Source of the DNA: Escherichia phage phita32
Sequence record: PQ758395
Reading direction: 5' to 3' (one strand)
DNA length: 64,000 nt
Of this stretch, positions 36,682-45,339 are shown one piece after another; the stretch's first letter is position 1, and every line of letters starts with the position of its first letter. The position numbers were made by a program, and so were the translations under genes. A model generated the notes under the pieces. The model was not told where the DNA came from. It saw nothing but the letters and a program-made list of their open reading frames with translations, and did not search any database.

Positions 36682-36942
36682 TTACAGCACCTCTTCGTCA
36701 ACTACTTCATAAAAATGGCCTGGGATTGCAATAGCGTTCTCACCTTCACCTACAAACACAGTTCCGTCAAGAATCAACATCATAAGAATTTCTGGAATAT
36801 CCTCTTCCGGAACGTTGCCAAAACCTTTAATCAGTGTGTAGGTTGGAAGATTTACCTCTAAGATGTCACCATCTTTAGAGCGGAAATCAACACCATCCTG
36901 AATCTCTGCCATTTCAAGGTTTTTCAGTTTAATCTTCATCAA
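36682..36942 (-). CDS. hypothetical acidic protein (MK-V/I family)
   Basis: Starts MMKIKLKN, ends EVVDEEVL. Confidence 0.45.
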   Translation of the reverse strand: MMKIKLKNLEMAEIQDGVDFRSKDGDILEVNLPTYTLIKGFGNVPEEDIPEILMMLILDGTVFVGEGENAIAIPGHFYEVVDEEVL

Positions 36943-37018
36943 TCAGTCTCCCGTCTTGTTAAGATGAAGGTATTATTTCACACAGAGTTGGTGTTGTCAA
37001 CACCTGTGTGCAAGAAAA

Positions 37019-37414
37019 TTACTGAAACAGTGCAGATAAATTACCTTCTGGTGGGAACTTATCTGCCAAAAACGGTGTTAGCACAGTAGCCTTCTGAAGA
37101 TCTGGGGTCCACTCGTTGTTCAGAACATCCCAGTAGTACGCAATGTTGCTGTGTGGGTGCCGCATTACGAACTTTTTCCCTTCGTAGTCATCTGAAACCT
37201 CTACAGAAGAAATAACAACAGAATCTTCAAGGGTTTCTTCATAGAAAGATCCGCCTTCAAATTTCCAACGAGATGCAAGAGCCCCTGCCTTGAACGCTGC
37301 AGATAACGGACTGTCGGCAAGAACATACATTTCTTGCACTCTGTCGCTGCGATCTTTGCTTCTTACGTTGTACACAGTATCTGAGCTATACTCAACACGG
37401 TATAGGCTTACCAT
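37019..37414 (-). CDS. hypothetical protein (paralog of 39222..39620)
   Basis: Shares HP(H/D)S..(Y/H)YW...WTP motif with 39222..39620. Confidence 0.45.
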   Translation of the reverse strand: MVSLYRVEYSSDTVYNVRSKDRSDRVQEMYVLADSPLSAAFKAGALASRWKFEGGSFYEETLEDSVVISSVEVSDDYEGKKFVMRHPHSNIAYYWDVLNNEWTPDLQKATVLTPFLADKFPPEGNLSALFQ

Positions 37415-37746
37415 TACCGCACCTCCTCAATAACTTCCACATCTGAACCCACCACAAATGCAAAAGGACAGGTTTCATGAAAGACATCCGGATCGCCGCC
37501 AAGCTTGCTAACAATTTCTCCACCACTAATAAACACAAGCTCACCGATATTAATCAGATTGCTGAAATAGTATCCATAATGATTAAAGAATGCAGCAGGG
37601 TCAGGTAGACTAGTGGCCTCAAGTTCTACATCGGTTGAGATTACTTTCTTATCATAACCTCTCGCCTTCTGAGATGCAAGATCTGCAGAATCTTCAGGCG
37701 ACCGGAGATGCACAGGAATTGTTTCACCAATAAAGCGTACTTTCAT
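37414..37746 (-). CDS. hypothetical protein (MKV family)
   Basis: Start moved from track 37773 (TTG) to ATG 37746 (MKVRFIGE); ends VEVIEEVR. Confidence 0.45.
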   Translation of the reverse strand: MKVRFIGETIPVHLRSPEDSADLASQKARGYDKKVISTDVELEATSLPDPAAFFNHYGYYFSNLINIGELVFISGGEIVSKLGGDPDVFHETCPFAFVVGSDVEVIEEVR

Positions 37747-37750
37747 ATTA

Positions 37751-38015
37751 TCACCCAACAACCATAGCTTCAAAAGGGGTCATGAACGAATAAACGGCAT
37801 CATCATCTGCTTCAGGGAATGCTCCCAAAGACTTCATGTCTGAGCCCTTGACAAATACAAGGTTTTGATCAAAAGCTTCTTGGGGGGTCAATCCGATACA
37901 TATTTCGTAGAATATCACCTACCTCTTCATCAAGAGGTGAGTATGCTGTGCACGTTTTTCCGATCAAGCTTTGAGAATCAGGGTATCCACCTGAAGTTTT
38001 AAAATAAACAATCAT
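37751..38015 (-). pseudogene. frameshifted member of the MKV small-protein family
   Basis: ATG 38015 with GAGGTGA SD opens a 46-codon ORF that stops; a second frame continues ..LVFVKGSDMKSLGAFPEADDDAVY resembling NVVFILGSDLITAGAPE of 39633..39887. Confidence 0.4.
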
Positions 38016-38106
38016 ATAGTATCACCTCTGGTAAGAGATTGGGATTCCTTTCCCACAAATAATTACAAATCTTCCTTATCGAGGAAGTATGCTAATCCAA
38101 GCAGGA

Positions 38107-38376
38107 TTATTCCTCTACAATCTCATACACATCAGGAGTTACAATCAACTCTTCTCCGTTACCCGGTGCAACAAACACCACCAAACCTTCAGGTGTGTGC
38201 TTTTTAGCCATTTCGATAACATCTTCTCGCAGAGCTGGCTCCATCAGATCAAAACCTTCACCCAGGGCATCACGAACCACCTTCATATAGTCAACTGGTT
38301 GTGCTTCGACAATCATGCCTTCAACCAGTCCACAGTTTTTGTCTGCCAGCTCAGTTTTGAATAATTTAATTTTCAT
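38107..38376 (-). CDS. hypothetical acidic protein (MK-V/I family)
   Basis: Starts MKIKLFK, ends VYEIVEE. Confidence 0.45.
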   Translation of the reverse strand: MKIKLFKTELADKNCGLVEGMIVEAQPVDYMKVVRDALGEGFDLMEPALREDVIEMAKKHTPEGLVVFVAPGNGEELIVTPDVYEIVEE

Positions 38377-38402
38377 TTAGAGGTCTCCTCAATTATTTGA
38401 TA

Positions 38403-38504
38403 TTAATAGCCGTAACCTAACACATTAACTACAACTGCGATTGCAAACATAATTTCAAAGCATGCAATCTCTACATTTGGGACTAATTTCTTAATCACGC
38501 CCAT
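38403..38504 (-). CDS. small hydrophobic peptide (33 aa, not in ORF track)
   Basis: ATG 38504 with GAGGTG SD 10 nt after the HPF stop; MGVIKKLVPNVEIACFEIMFAIAVVVNVLGYGY. Confidence 0.3.
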   Translation of the reverse strand: MGVIKKLVPNVEIACFEIMFAIAVVVNVLGYGY

Positions 38505-38513
38505 TGTAGCACC

Positions 38514-38831
38514 TCATTCTCCAAAGTCAATCTTTACTTTGCCTTTCCCCTTACCTTTCTTTCCACCGCATTTAGCCAGCTGACGTGCTGCAACATCTAC
38601 CATACGGTCAGTTGCCTCGTAAGCATCACTACCTTTAGCCTTGGCAATAACTTCTTTTCCAGAATTGTCAAAAATGAGCGCCATAACTCCCTGGTGATCA
38701 TTTTCAACTTTTACACTCACACGTGCATAGTTGGCAGAGGGGTGCAAACGCTCCAGCTTAGACATTTTGTGGGAAATGAAAGACACCATACCTTCAGTGA
38801 TTTCTACGTTGCCAGTGATTTCAATTTGCAT
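38514..38831 (-). CDS. ribosome hibernation promoting factor / RaiA (YfiA) family protein
   Basis: MQIEITGNVEITEGM..KLERL..VSVKVEN..AKGSDAYEATDRMVDVAARQLAK aligns along its length with E. coli HPF/RaiA (MQLNITGNNVEITEAL..KLEQY..VVLKVEK..AEGQDMYAAIDGLIDKLARQLTK). Confidence 0.75.
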   Translation of the reverse strand: MQIEITGNVEITEGMVSFISHKMSKLERLHPSANYARVSVKVENDHQGVMALIFDNSGKEVIAKAKGSDAYEATDRMVDVAARQLAKCGGKKGKGKGKVKIDFGE

Positions 38832-38878
38832 AACGTGTTCCTTTTAAAGAAGAGGGAACCAAACCCTCTTTGAAAACA

Positions 38879-38907
38879 ATGATACTAAATCTGAAGCGTT
38901 GTGTCAA
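38879..38907 (-). promoter_or_regulatory. sigma70-like promoter, minus strand (TTGACA-17-TATCAT) for the HPF gene
   Basis: Minus-strand -35 is the complement of 38902-38907, -10 of 38879-38884; AGAGGG..CCCTCT leader hairpin 38850-38869. Confidence 0.55.
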
Positions 38908-38913
38908 CAGTTT

Positions 38914-39204
38914 TTACAGCTTGTTGTCGATAGTTTTTAAAATATCCACAGCGAGATCTGCCATTTTTCGAACATACTCTGCAAACTCAACAGGATCCTT
39001 GATCAAAGAATTCACAGGGTCGTACCCTAGAGCGTTTAAAATGGCTGCAGCATCTACAACCTTCTCATCATTTGCGAAGATCTCTCCGTCAAACTTGTAG
39101 GTCCATTTTGAGTCAACCTTAGCAGAGCAGGGTTTGTCCATGCTTGTTACACCATCGTCTTTAAACTCTCCTGCGTTATCAATATTTAGAATTAAATCCA
39201 TCAT
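38914..39204 (-). CDS. hypothetical protein
   Basis: ORF in operon. Confidence 0.45.
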   Translation of the reverse strand: MMDLILNIDNAGEFKDDGVTSMDKPCSAKVDSKWTYKFDGEIFANDEKVVDAAAILNALGYDPVNSLIKDPVEFAEYVRKMADLAVDILKTIDNKL

Positions 39205-39221
39205 GGTGACACCTCACTGTT

Positions 39222-39620
39222 TCAGTTTAGCTTTTCTTCAACAACCCCATAACTTGGGGCAGAGTCAAGAGCTTTCTGGTTTAAAAGTGGCGTAGCAGAA
39301 TCTGCAAACGGTGTCCAAGTTTTTGTTCTGGCATTCCAGTAATGCTTCACTCTGGAATCTGGATGCACTATAACAAAAACTTTTTCACTTGTCAACACAT
39401 TAATTTCTTCTACACCCTTGCTGATAATTTCTCCGTCATAGCCCCCAGTCTGGTATCCTTCGTACCAGGTTCTTGCATAGGCATAGCCAGCCTGCCAGCA
39501 TGCAGCCTCCTCCGAGGTGGAGACTACGTAGAAGTCTTTCTCAAATTCTGGAATACGCCCTTGCTTTACGCTCCAAGCCCCGCGAATTTTCATTGTAACT
39601 TTAAACAGTTTATTTTTCAC
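39222..39620 (-). CDS. hypothetical protein (paralog of 37019..37414)
   Basis: Shared HPDS..HYW..WTP motif. Confidence 0.45.
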   Translation of the reverse strand: MKNKLFKVTMKIRGAWSVKQGRIPEFEKDFYVVSTSEEAACWQAGYAYARTWYEGYQTGGYDGEIISKGVEEINVLTSEKVFVIVHPDSRVKHYWNARTKTWTPFADSATPLLNQKALDSAPSYGVVEEKLN

Positions 39621-39632
39621 AACGGTTACCCA

Positions 39633-39887
39633 TCACAGCTCTACAATATCTGCATCTGACCCTACCCCAAAGGCATAGTAGGACTCTTCCCCGAAATAAT
39701 ATTCAGGTGCACCAGCGGTGATCAGGTCTGATCCCAAGATAAACACCACGTTGTGGCCTACATAACTGTGATGTTGCCGCACAGGATCATCCCACGGCAA
39801 CCCTTCAAAGTATACCGCAGGAGCGACCTTTCCCTTCAGGAAGGATTGTCCCAAGTAGACGTTAGAATCAAGAATTTTAACCTTCAT
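39633..39887 (-). CDS. hypothetical protein (MKVK family)
   Basis: MKVKILDSNVYLGQ..GKV..DLITAGA shared with 39877 and 43531 genes. Confidence 0.45.
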   Translation of the reverse strand: MKVKILDSNVYLGQSFLKGKVAPAVYFEGLPWDDPVRQHHSYVGHNVVFILGSDLITAGAPEYYFGEESYYAFGVGSDADIVEL

Positions 39888-40104
39888 GATCGTCCTCCAC
39901 TACCTCTACATCCTCGCCTAGGGCAAAGTTGTAGGTCCACTGACTGTCAAAGCAGTCCTGAGATGCACCAGCGGCAATAAGATCTGCTCCTTTTATTTTT
40001 AAAAGGTCAGGGTAATCTTCGTTAGGGACAGCAGTAAACACTTTTCCTACTAAAGGCTCCTGACCAATATAGAAGCTTGAATCTAAAACTTTAACTTTCA
40101 TCAA
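39877..40104 (-). CDS. hypothetical protein (MKVK family)
   Basis: MMKVKVLDSSFYIGQ..GKV..DLIAAGA, acidic tail VEVVEDD. Confidence 0.45.
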   Translation of the reverse strand: MMKVKVLDSSFYIGQEPLVGKVFTAVPNEDYPDLLKIKGADLIAAGASQDCFDSQWTYNFALGEDVEVVEDDHEG

Positions 40105-40388
40105 CGGTCTCCATCAGGTGGTTGTGGGACGTAAACACTGTTACGAATATCGTCCGCAGTATAGTAATAAGTGTCTCCAACCCTATCTCTGGCTGCAATG
40201 TACTCTGCTATACCAATAAGTGCCATTGATTTGGTGGCGTATCTTCCCAACTCGTTAGCTCCCCAGTAGAATTTAGACCAATAGGGAATAAGACCGAACA
40301 AATATACCTTTTGACGAACTTCCCAGTAAGTGCCTTTCCCGACAAGTTTAAACTCAACTTCACCACTGTTAATCTTTTTCATTATCAA
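40101..40388 (-). CDS. hypothetical protein
   Basis: ORF, overlapping stop/start. Confidence 0.45.
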   Translation of the reverse strand: MIMKKINSGEVEFKLVGKGTYWEVRQKVYLFGLIPYWSKFYWGANELGRYATKSMALIGIAEYIAARDRVGDTYYYTADDIRNSVYVPQPPDGDR

Positions 40389-40681
40389 TCTCCCTCCACC
40401 GTGGTTGGATTGTCAGTAAGAAATTGAGCATTAGCTGGAGGCACGCCTGACATTTTCCACACAACCATAAGTTTGTAACCAGGCACTCTATTAAGTGCAG
40501 ATCGAGTAGAGTTTGTGCACGTATATTTTCGCTTTCCAAACCCGTTCTCAAGCATGATCCAGTATCCCGTGTCTTTATCACCTGGAATTGGTAATCCCTC
40601 ATCGTCCACCCATTGAATGGACCATGGCACGATGGCTACAGCTTTATATTTAAACTTTTTAAACCACTCAAAAAGTTTCAT
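40385..40681 (-). CDS. hypothetical protein
   Basis: ORF, overlapping stop/start. Confidence 0.4.
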   Translation of the reverse strand: MKLFEWFKKFKYKAVAIVPWSIQWVDDEGLPIPGDKDTGYWIMLENGFGKRKYTCTNSTRSALNRVPGYKLMVVWKMSGVPPANAQFLTDNPTTVEGD

Positions 40682-40776
40682 AATTCAGCCTCGCATAGAC
40701 ATAATCACTATAAACAGGCAAACAATGAATCCGAATGCCACGCCACTCATAAACGTTAATATTGATGCAATCATAG

Positions 40777-40962
40777 TCAATCAGCCTCGCTTGGCAACTC
40801 TTCCACCTTAACATGCCGAAAAGTGTTACCGTAATGGTTGATCCATGACATCAGCTCACTTTCTTGCTCTTCCTCTGAGATGGACTCTCGAATGCTGACA
40901 AGTTTTAAGAAAACCCAATCACAATCTGAACCCATTCTACCAGACAGACAATAGTGCTTCAT
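40777..40962 (-). CDS. hypothetical protein
   Basis: short ORF. Confidence 0.35.
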   Translation of the reverse strand: MKHYCLSGRMGSDCDWVFLKLVSIRESISEEEQESELMSWINHYGNTFRHVKVEELPSEAD

Positions 40963-40981
40963 AAAAACCCTCCACCCTGGT

Positions 40982-41182
40982 TTAGAATACTGCCTCTTTT
41001 AATGATCCAAGGAGCAGCAGGTGTGAAATCTGATCCACATTCATGGTAGATTCAATCTCCTCTCTTTTGAAAGGTTCTCGGCAAAACAGTACTACATTCG
41101 GGTTTTCGCTACGCACTATATAATACAGATCGTTCAAATCATTCTCATAGTAGGTATTAAATTTAAGAATTTTGTCACTCAT
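40982..41182 (-). CDS. hypothetical protein
   Basis: short ORF. Confidence 0.4.
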   Translation of the reverse strand: MSDKILKFNTYYENDLNDLYYIVRSENPNVVLFCREPFKREEIESTMNVDQISHLLLLGSLKEAVF

Positions 41183-41241
41183 TTTCTAATCCTCTTCTTA
41201 GATTTTTGGGGAGAAACGCTTTCTGCAATACGGGACAAACG

Positions 41242-41466
41242 TTATTCTGAAGCCTTGCCTATTCCAGGTTTTTTGAGTGGATTATCTTTATGACCACAAT
41301 CCAATTGGATATTGGATACCTCTCCAACCTTGTAAGTCAATTCTAGCAAAAGGTTGTCGTCCTTGTCAAATGTTCTTACGATAAATTTTTTATCGTTCTC
41401 CTGAACTTCATATCTGGTACCTGCAGTATACAGCATGGTGCCATCAGCATAAGATATCCAGATCAT
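41242..41466 (-). CDS. hypothetical protein
   Basis: short ORF. Confidence 0.4.
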   Translation of the reverse strand: MIWISYADGTMLYTAGTRYEVQENDKKFIVRTFDKDDNLLLELTYKVGEVSNIQLDCGHKDNPLKKPGIGKASE

Positions 41467-41810
41467 TGAGCCTCCTTCTGCTGCAACAGCATTAACTCTT
41501 TGTTAGAGATCTTTACTGCTGTTTTTATTGTTCCATCTTTACGGAACCACGACCAGAACTCTACAGTGTCCCCACTATCAAGCAAAGCATGCCCATGGTA
41601 GAAGTCTTTGTCCTTGGACAGTTTCTCATCTATGTCTGCATCGACACATTCGTGATCCATAGCATTTTGCCTGAATGCATCGGTTATGCCAATGCACGCC
41701 TTGCTCTCAAGACTGGCATATCCGATATCTTTTAATTCAGTTTCCCAAACCCATGACCCTATAAAAGCCACAACAGCTACCCACATTAATATCGATTTAA
41801 TCTTTGACAT
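41463..41810 (-). CDS. putative secreted/membrane-anchored protein
   Basis: N-terminal hydrophobic MSKIKSILMWVAVVAFIGSWVW. Confidence 0.45.
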   Translation of the reverse strand: MSKIKSILMWVAVVAFIGSWVWETELKDIGYASLESKACIGITDAFRQNAMDHECVDADIDEKLSKDKDFYHGHALLDSGDTVEFWSWFRKDGTIKTAVKISNKELMLLQQKEAQ

Positions 41811-41870
41811 TCTCTCTACCTCTTTCTTAGTTTATTTAGTTATGGCACATCCTTTGTGCCTTATTGCACG

Positions 41871-42332
41871 CTACTTAAACAACAGTTCAAGATAGTGCAA
41901 AATTAACAGAAGTTGAATTACGCCTAGCACAACGGCAAGTATGTTAATCTTAGAATCAAAAAACTTCTTAACTTTTACCCTAAAAGGCTCCTTGATGTCC
42001 TTTACGATCCTATTTATAGATGATTTCATATCCCTGATTACCATCCTAAACATTAGGGACGGATCTTCCTTCTCTGTAACAGAATCGAAAACATACTCTC
42101 TTCGGTCATAAGGACCTCCAGATCTGCGTATTAACCTCTCCACAGAGACCTCGTACGACACACCTGTAACGTAATCATCTATGATAAGTAGTGACGGGTC
42201 TTTATCGTCCAAGGGTATCAAAGTTATCTTTCCAGATTTTGTTAAAATTTCTCCTTTTTCAAGCAAGGTGTACCAATGCTCTCTACCAAGATTGTTGAGG
42301 CACGTTTTTACATATTTAACAAACATCGTCAC
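41871..42332 (-). CDS. hypothetical protein with C-terminal membrane anchor
   Basis: C-terminal ILAVVLGVIQLLLILHYLELLF helix. Confidence 0.45.
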   Translation of the reverse strand: MTMFVKYVKTCLNNLGREHWYTLLEKGEILTKSGKITLIPLDDKDPSLLIIDDYVTGVSYEVSVERLIRRSGGPYDRREYVFDSVTEKEDPSLMFRMVIRDMKSSINRIVKDIKEPFRVKVKKFFDSKINILAVVLGVIQLLLILHYLELLFK

Positions 42333-42532
42333 CCCTCATCGCACGTCTGATATAACCACTCTATAAAATCTTGATACCATTCGCCCTCTGAGCGCTCCGT
42401 AGGCCAATAATCTTCACCCTCTCGTGCATTAAAATCTGAGTATTCAACTTTCCACTCCTTTACCAGCTCGTGGAGAAGGTTTTCAGCCTGCTCTAAAGAT
42501 TTATTTTTTGCCATTGCTGTCTCCTTTTTCAA
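42329..42532 (-). CDS. hypothetical protein
   Basis: short ORF. Confidence 0.4.
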   Translation of the reverse strand: MKKETAMAKNKSLEQAENLLHELVKEWKVEYSDFNAREGEDYWPTERSEGEWYQDFIEWLYQTCDEG

Positions 42533-42733
42533 GATAGTTATACATCAGAACTGCACCACCTAAGATGGCTACCAGTAACAATACCCCAGATAGCATCTCA
42601 ATAAACATGGCTTGAAACACTGGAAGGTCTCCCTAAATTAACGCACCATTTTAAATACATGCTCTTTTCCCATAAAGGTGCTTGGCTAAGATCTGCGTAG
42701 AACGCAATCTCTTTAAGAACAGTATAAACAGTT

Positions 42734-42970
42734 TTAGGTGCGGTATCCATCCCTACTCTCCTTTTTCTCCTTACGGATATTCTTGTAGTAATCAACTAGG
42801 CACATTATTACGATGAAGATAACAATAGGCCAAAAAGGTGCAGCAGTGATGATGGTGATAAAATCATCAAACTTCACCTTTCGTCTAGCCACGATGCATA
42901 CACCTGTCAAGAATACCGCTGTTATAACGGCTATCACCAGGTAACCTATTAGCACAACATTTATACTCAT
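42734..42970 (-). CDS. putative small membrane protein (two TM helices)
   Basis: VVLIGYLVIAVITAVFLTGVCIV and AAPFWPIVIFIVIMCLV helices. Confidence 0.4.
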   Translation of the reverse strand: MSINVVLIGYLVIAVITAVFLTGVCIVARRKVKFDDFITIITAAPFWPIVIFIVIMCLVDYYKNIRKEKKESRDGYRT

Positions 42971-43000
42971 TAGTCCTCACTTTGTAGGTTAAATTGTATA

Positions 43001-43534
43001 CTACAGATGGTTGCTGATGGTGTCAAGAAAATTATCCCGTTCTTTCTCAGAGTTTTCACGGGTGTATCTGAAAAACATATCGAGAATAACCTTATTGATA
43101 TATTCCAGCTCCTCTGTGTTCAGGTACTTAGCAGGATCTACAATGACATCCCAAATATCATACAGACCACACTCATGATATCCATAACGCCACTCAATTG
43201 TCAAGCTGAGCGGCAAATCTTTACCGTCACAAACAACCTTCCATCTACATATGTTGGTATCTGGGCGTATCTGTGCACGGTATACCTGTACAAAATCCAA
43301 TTTGAATTTGAGGTATTCGTCATGCAATTTAAGCACAAAGCTCTCGATTTGTGGAGACACTTTTGCAGCAAACTGTGCGTATTTGTATTTGCACTGGATG
43401 ATCTTTCTGCGTTTTGCAGTTAAATTTTTTGCCGCCAGTTGTTCTTCAGTGTATCTCCACCTACGATCAACAAACGCAACAGGGTCTTTGTCCCCATAGA
43501 GGTCTTCCCAGTTAATCAGAAGCATACCTGTCAC
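43001..43534 (-). CDS. hypothetical protein
   Basis: 177-aa ORF. Confidence 0.45.
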   Translation of the reverse strand: MTGMLLINWEDLYGDKDPVAFVDRRWRYTEEQLAAKNLTAKRRKIIQCKYKYAQFAAKVSPQIESFVLKLHDEYLKFKLDFVQVYRAQIRPDTNICRWKVVCDGKDLPLSLTIEWRYGYHECGLYDIWDVIVDPAKYLNTEELEYINKVILDMFFRYTRENSEKERDNFLDTISNHL

Positions 43535-43764
43535 TCCTCCACAACTTCAAGTCCTTTACCGCCTCGCTCTGGCAGATTACTTAAAGATAGGTAATACATA
43601 TAATCAGGAGAGATCCTGCCAGACTCTGCACCTGCAGATAGTAAATCTTTTCCCTTAACCATGACAACATTATCGTTTGCAGATAGCCGTTTTGCTTCCA
43701 CAATTTTACCAACGCAGTCAACCAAGGAAGGGTACCCTAAATCTGTAAGAAATTTAACTTTCAT
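43531..43764 (-). CDS. hypothetical protein (MKVK family)
   Basis: MKVKFLTDLGY..GKIVEA..DLLSAGA, ends LEVVEE. Confidence 0.45.
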   Translation of the reverse strand: MKVKFLTDLGYPSLVDCVGKIVEAKRLSANDNVVMVKGKDLLSAGAESGRISPDYMYYLSLSNLPERGGKGLEVVEE

Positions 43765-43803
43765 GCTACCTCCTACTTCTACCGTCCCTGGTAAGATGAA
43801 TTA

Positions 43804-44202
43804 TTACTGAACAGAGCGCGGGGCTGGGAAGGATAACTCTTCTAAAGAGAAGATTTCATTTCCCACAATCCATGTTGCCGGATCATCTGGGTTGACCGGA
43901 TAGATAATCATCACCTCGTCAGTGTTACATACCCGCTTTTTACCTGTGGAGTCATCAGCAACCAGCATGCGCGGTTCTTCAGAAATGCACAGGTAGCCTC
44001 CTCGGCCCACTGTTCCTTCCACAGGGTCTTGTCCTTTGATCACGATGATTATCTTCTCTCCTGAGGCGATATTACCTTGCACACTCACCGTTTGACCAAC
44101 CTTGGATGTGCCAATCTTAGTGACTTCGAACATTACATCCCGAATTACTGTTGCATAATCGCCAGACACTTTCTTACCTTCTTTAGTGATCTCAATCTTC
44201 AT
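43804..44202 (-). CDS. hypothetical protein
   Basis: Starts MKIEITKEG. Confidence 0.45.
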   Translation of the reverse strand: MKIEITKEGKKVSGDYATVIRDVMFEVTKIGTSKVGQTVSVQGNIASGEKIIIVIKGQDPVEGTVGRGGYLCISEEPRMLVADDSTGKKRVCNTDEVMIIYPVNPDDPATWIVGNEIFSLEELSFPAPRSVQ

Positions 44203-44471
44203 ACACTGGGCCTCTTAAATGAATCTATGTAATCAATTAAATCCCAAGCATCCCTATGACCTGTCAGAGGGTATACTTCTCCAAGAGGGATCATAGCAAT
44301 AAGTCTATCAAAAACCCAATCTGGACGCAACATTTTATGGTGATACTCCCACTCACCTTCTACAGACTTTTTCTGAGTGATCAGGATCTCTGTGTAGTGT
44401 TTCGCCTGTCTTGAGTAGATTGAGAATGACTTGTACATAAATGGCTCCCTCTTGTTGAAAACAAAATACAC
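44199..44471 (-). CDS. hypothetical protein
   Basis: ORF, overlapping stop/start. Confidence 0.4.
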   Translation of the reverse strand: MYFVFNKREPFMYKSFSIYSRQAKHYTEILITQKKSVEGEWEYHHKMLRPDWVFDRLIAMIPLGEVYPLTGHRDAWDLIDYIDSFKRPSV

Positions 44472-44473
44472 TA

Positions 44474-44758
44474 CTACCAGGTCACTGTCAAGTAGGCAAC
44501 TGTGTTATTTTTCTCCGGAGAGATGCCAACAACATCCACCTGCAGACCTCCTTCCCTCAAATCCCCAACAATGTGTGGGAAGTAGTCTGAGAGGTGTGAT
44601 GGGAGATTTATCGAAAATCCACATCCCAGAAAGCCTGCTAACGCTTTATTTTGTATCTCCCCTACAATCGCATCATAAATAGAGTTAAGCTCGTCAGGAA
44701 GCGTTACAGGGCGTTTTAGCGCTAACTGGTGCAACTTGTCCTTAGCACTCATTTTCAT
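44474..44758 (-). CDS. hypothetical protein
   Basis: Start moved from track 44827 to internal ATG 44758 to remove overlap with the MTase gene. Confidence 0.4.
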   Translation of the reverse strand: MKMSAKDKLHQLALKRPVTLPDELNSIYDAIVGEIQNKALAGFLGCGFSINLPSHLSDYFPHIVGDLREGGLQVDVVGISPEKNNTVAYLTVTW

Positions 44759-45288
44759 TTCAAGTCTGCCTCTGGAGGTGCCAACCACATAAATGGCGGC
44801 AGGTCTAAACGGTTCTTCTTGTCCCACACAAAATATGCATATGCTTGCCCGTCAGTTCTGCCATTCGATTGGAATGATGGACGCTTAGATATTGTGATCA
44901 CAGTGGTAGGTGCATTATCAAGCCACCATTCAAATCTGGCTTTGCTTTCCAGAAAATTAAGACGCAAAAGCATAATAACTACGTCAGCATCTTTCAACGC
45001 CTTGTCTACAAACTCACGAGCCAAGCTGTACGGTGGGTTGGTGATAATACAGTCAACATGGTTGTATTCTGTATTCAGATAGTCAACACCTTCTTGGATT
45101 TCTCCCCATGCAGATCCTAACGGCATACGGGAGTAGAACACGCCTGAGGCGCTATTTCTGCAAGGCTCCAAATAGGTCCAATCTTCTGGGAACGGAATGA
45201 GGTCATACAGCCCTTCTGCACACCACTCCGGTGTCACATACTCATCGTAGGCGTTACGTTGTTCATCAGGTTTTCTAGCACAAGTCAT
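44755..45288 (-). CDS. small DNA methyltransferase (N6-adenine / N4-cytosine type)
   Basis: Motif IV DCIITNPPYS (NPPY). Confidence 0.6.
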   Translation of the reverse strand: MTCARKPDEQRNAYDEYVTPEWCAEGLYDLIPFPEDWTYLEPCRNSASGVFYSRMPLGSAWGEIQEGVDYLNTEYNHVDCIITNPPYSLAREFVDKALKDADVVIMLLRLNFLESKARFEWWLDNAPTTVITISKRPSFQSNGRTDGQAYAYFVWDKKNRLDLPPFMWLAPPEADLK

Positions 45289-45339
45289 GCAAATCTCCAG
45301 ATCATAAAAGCCCTCCGAAGAGGGCTTTAGAATTAATGT

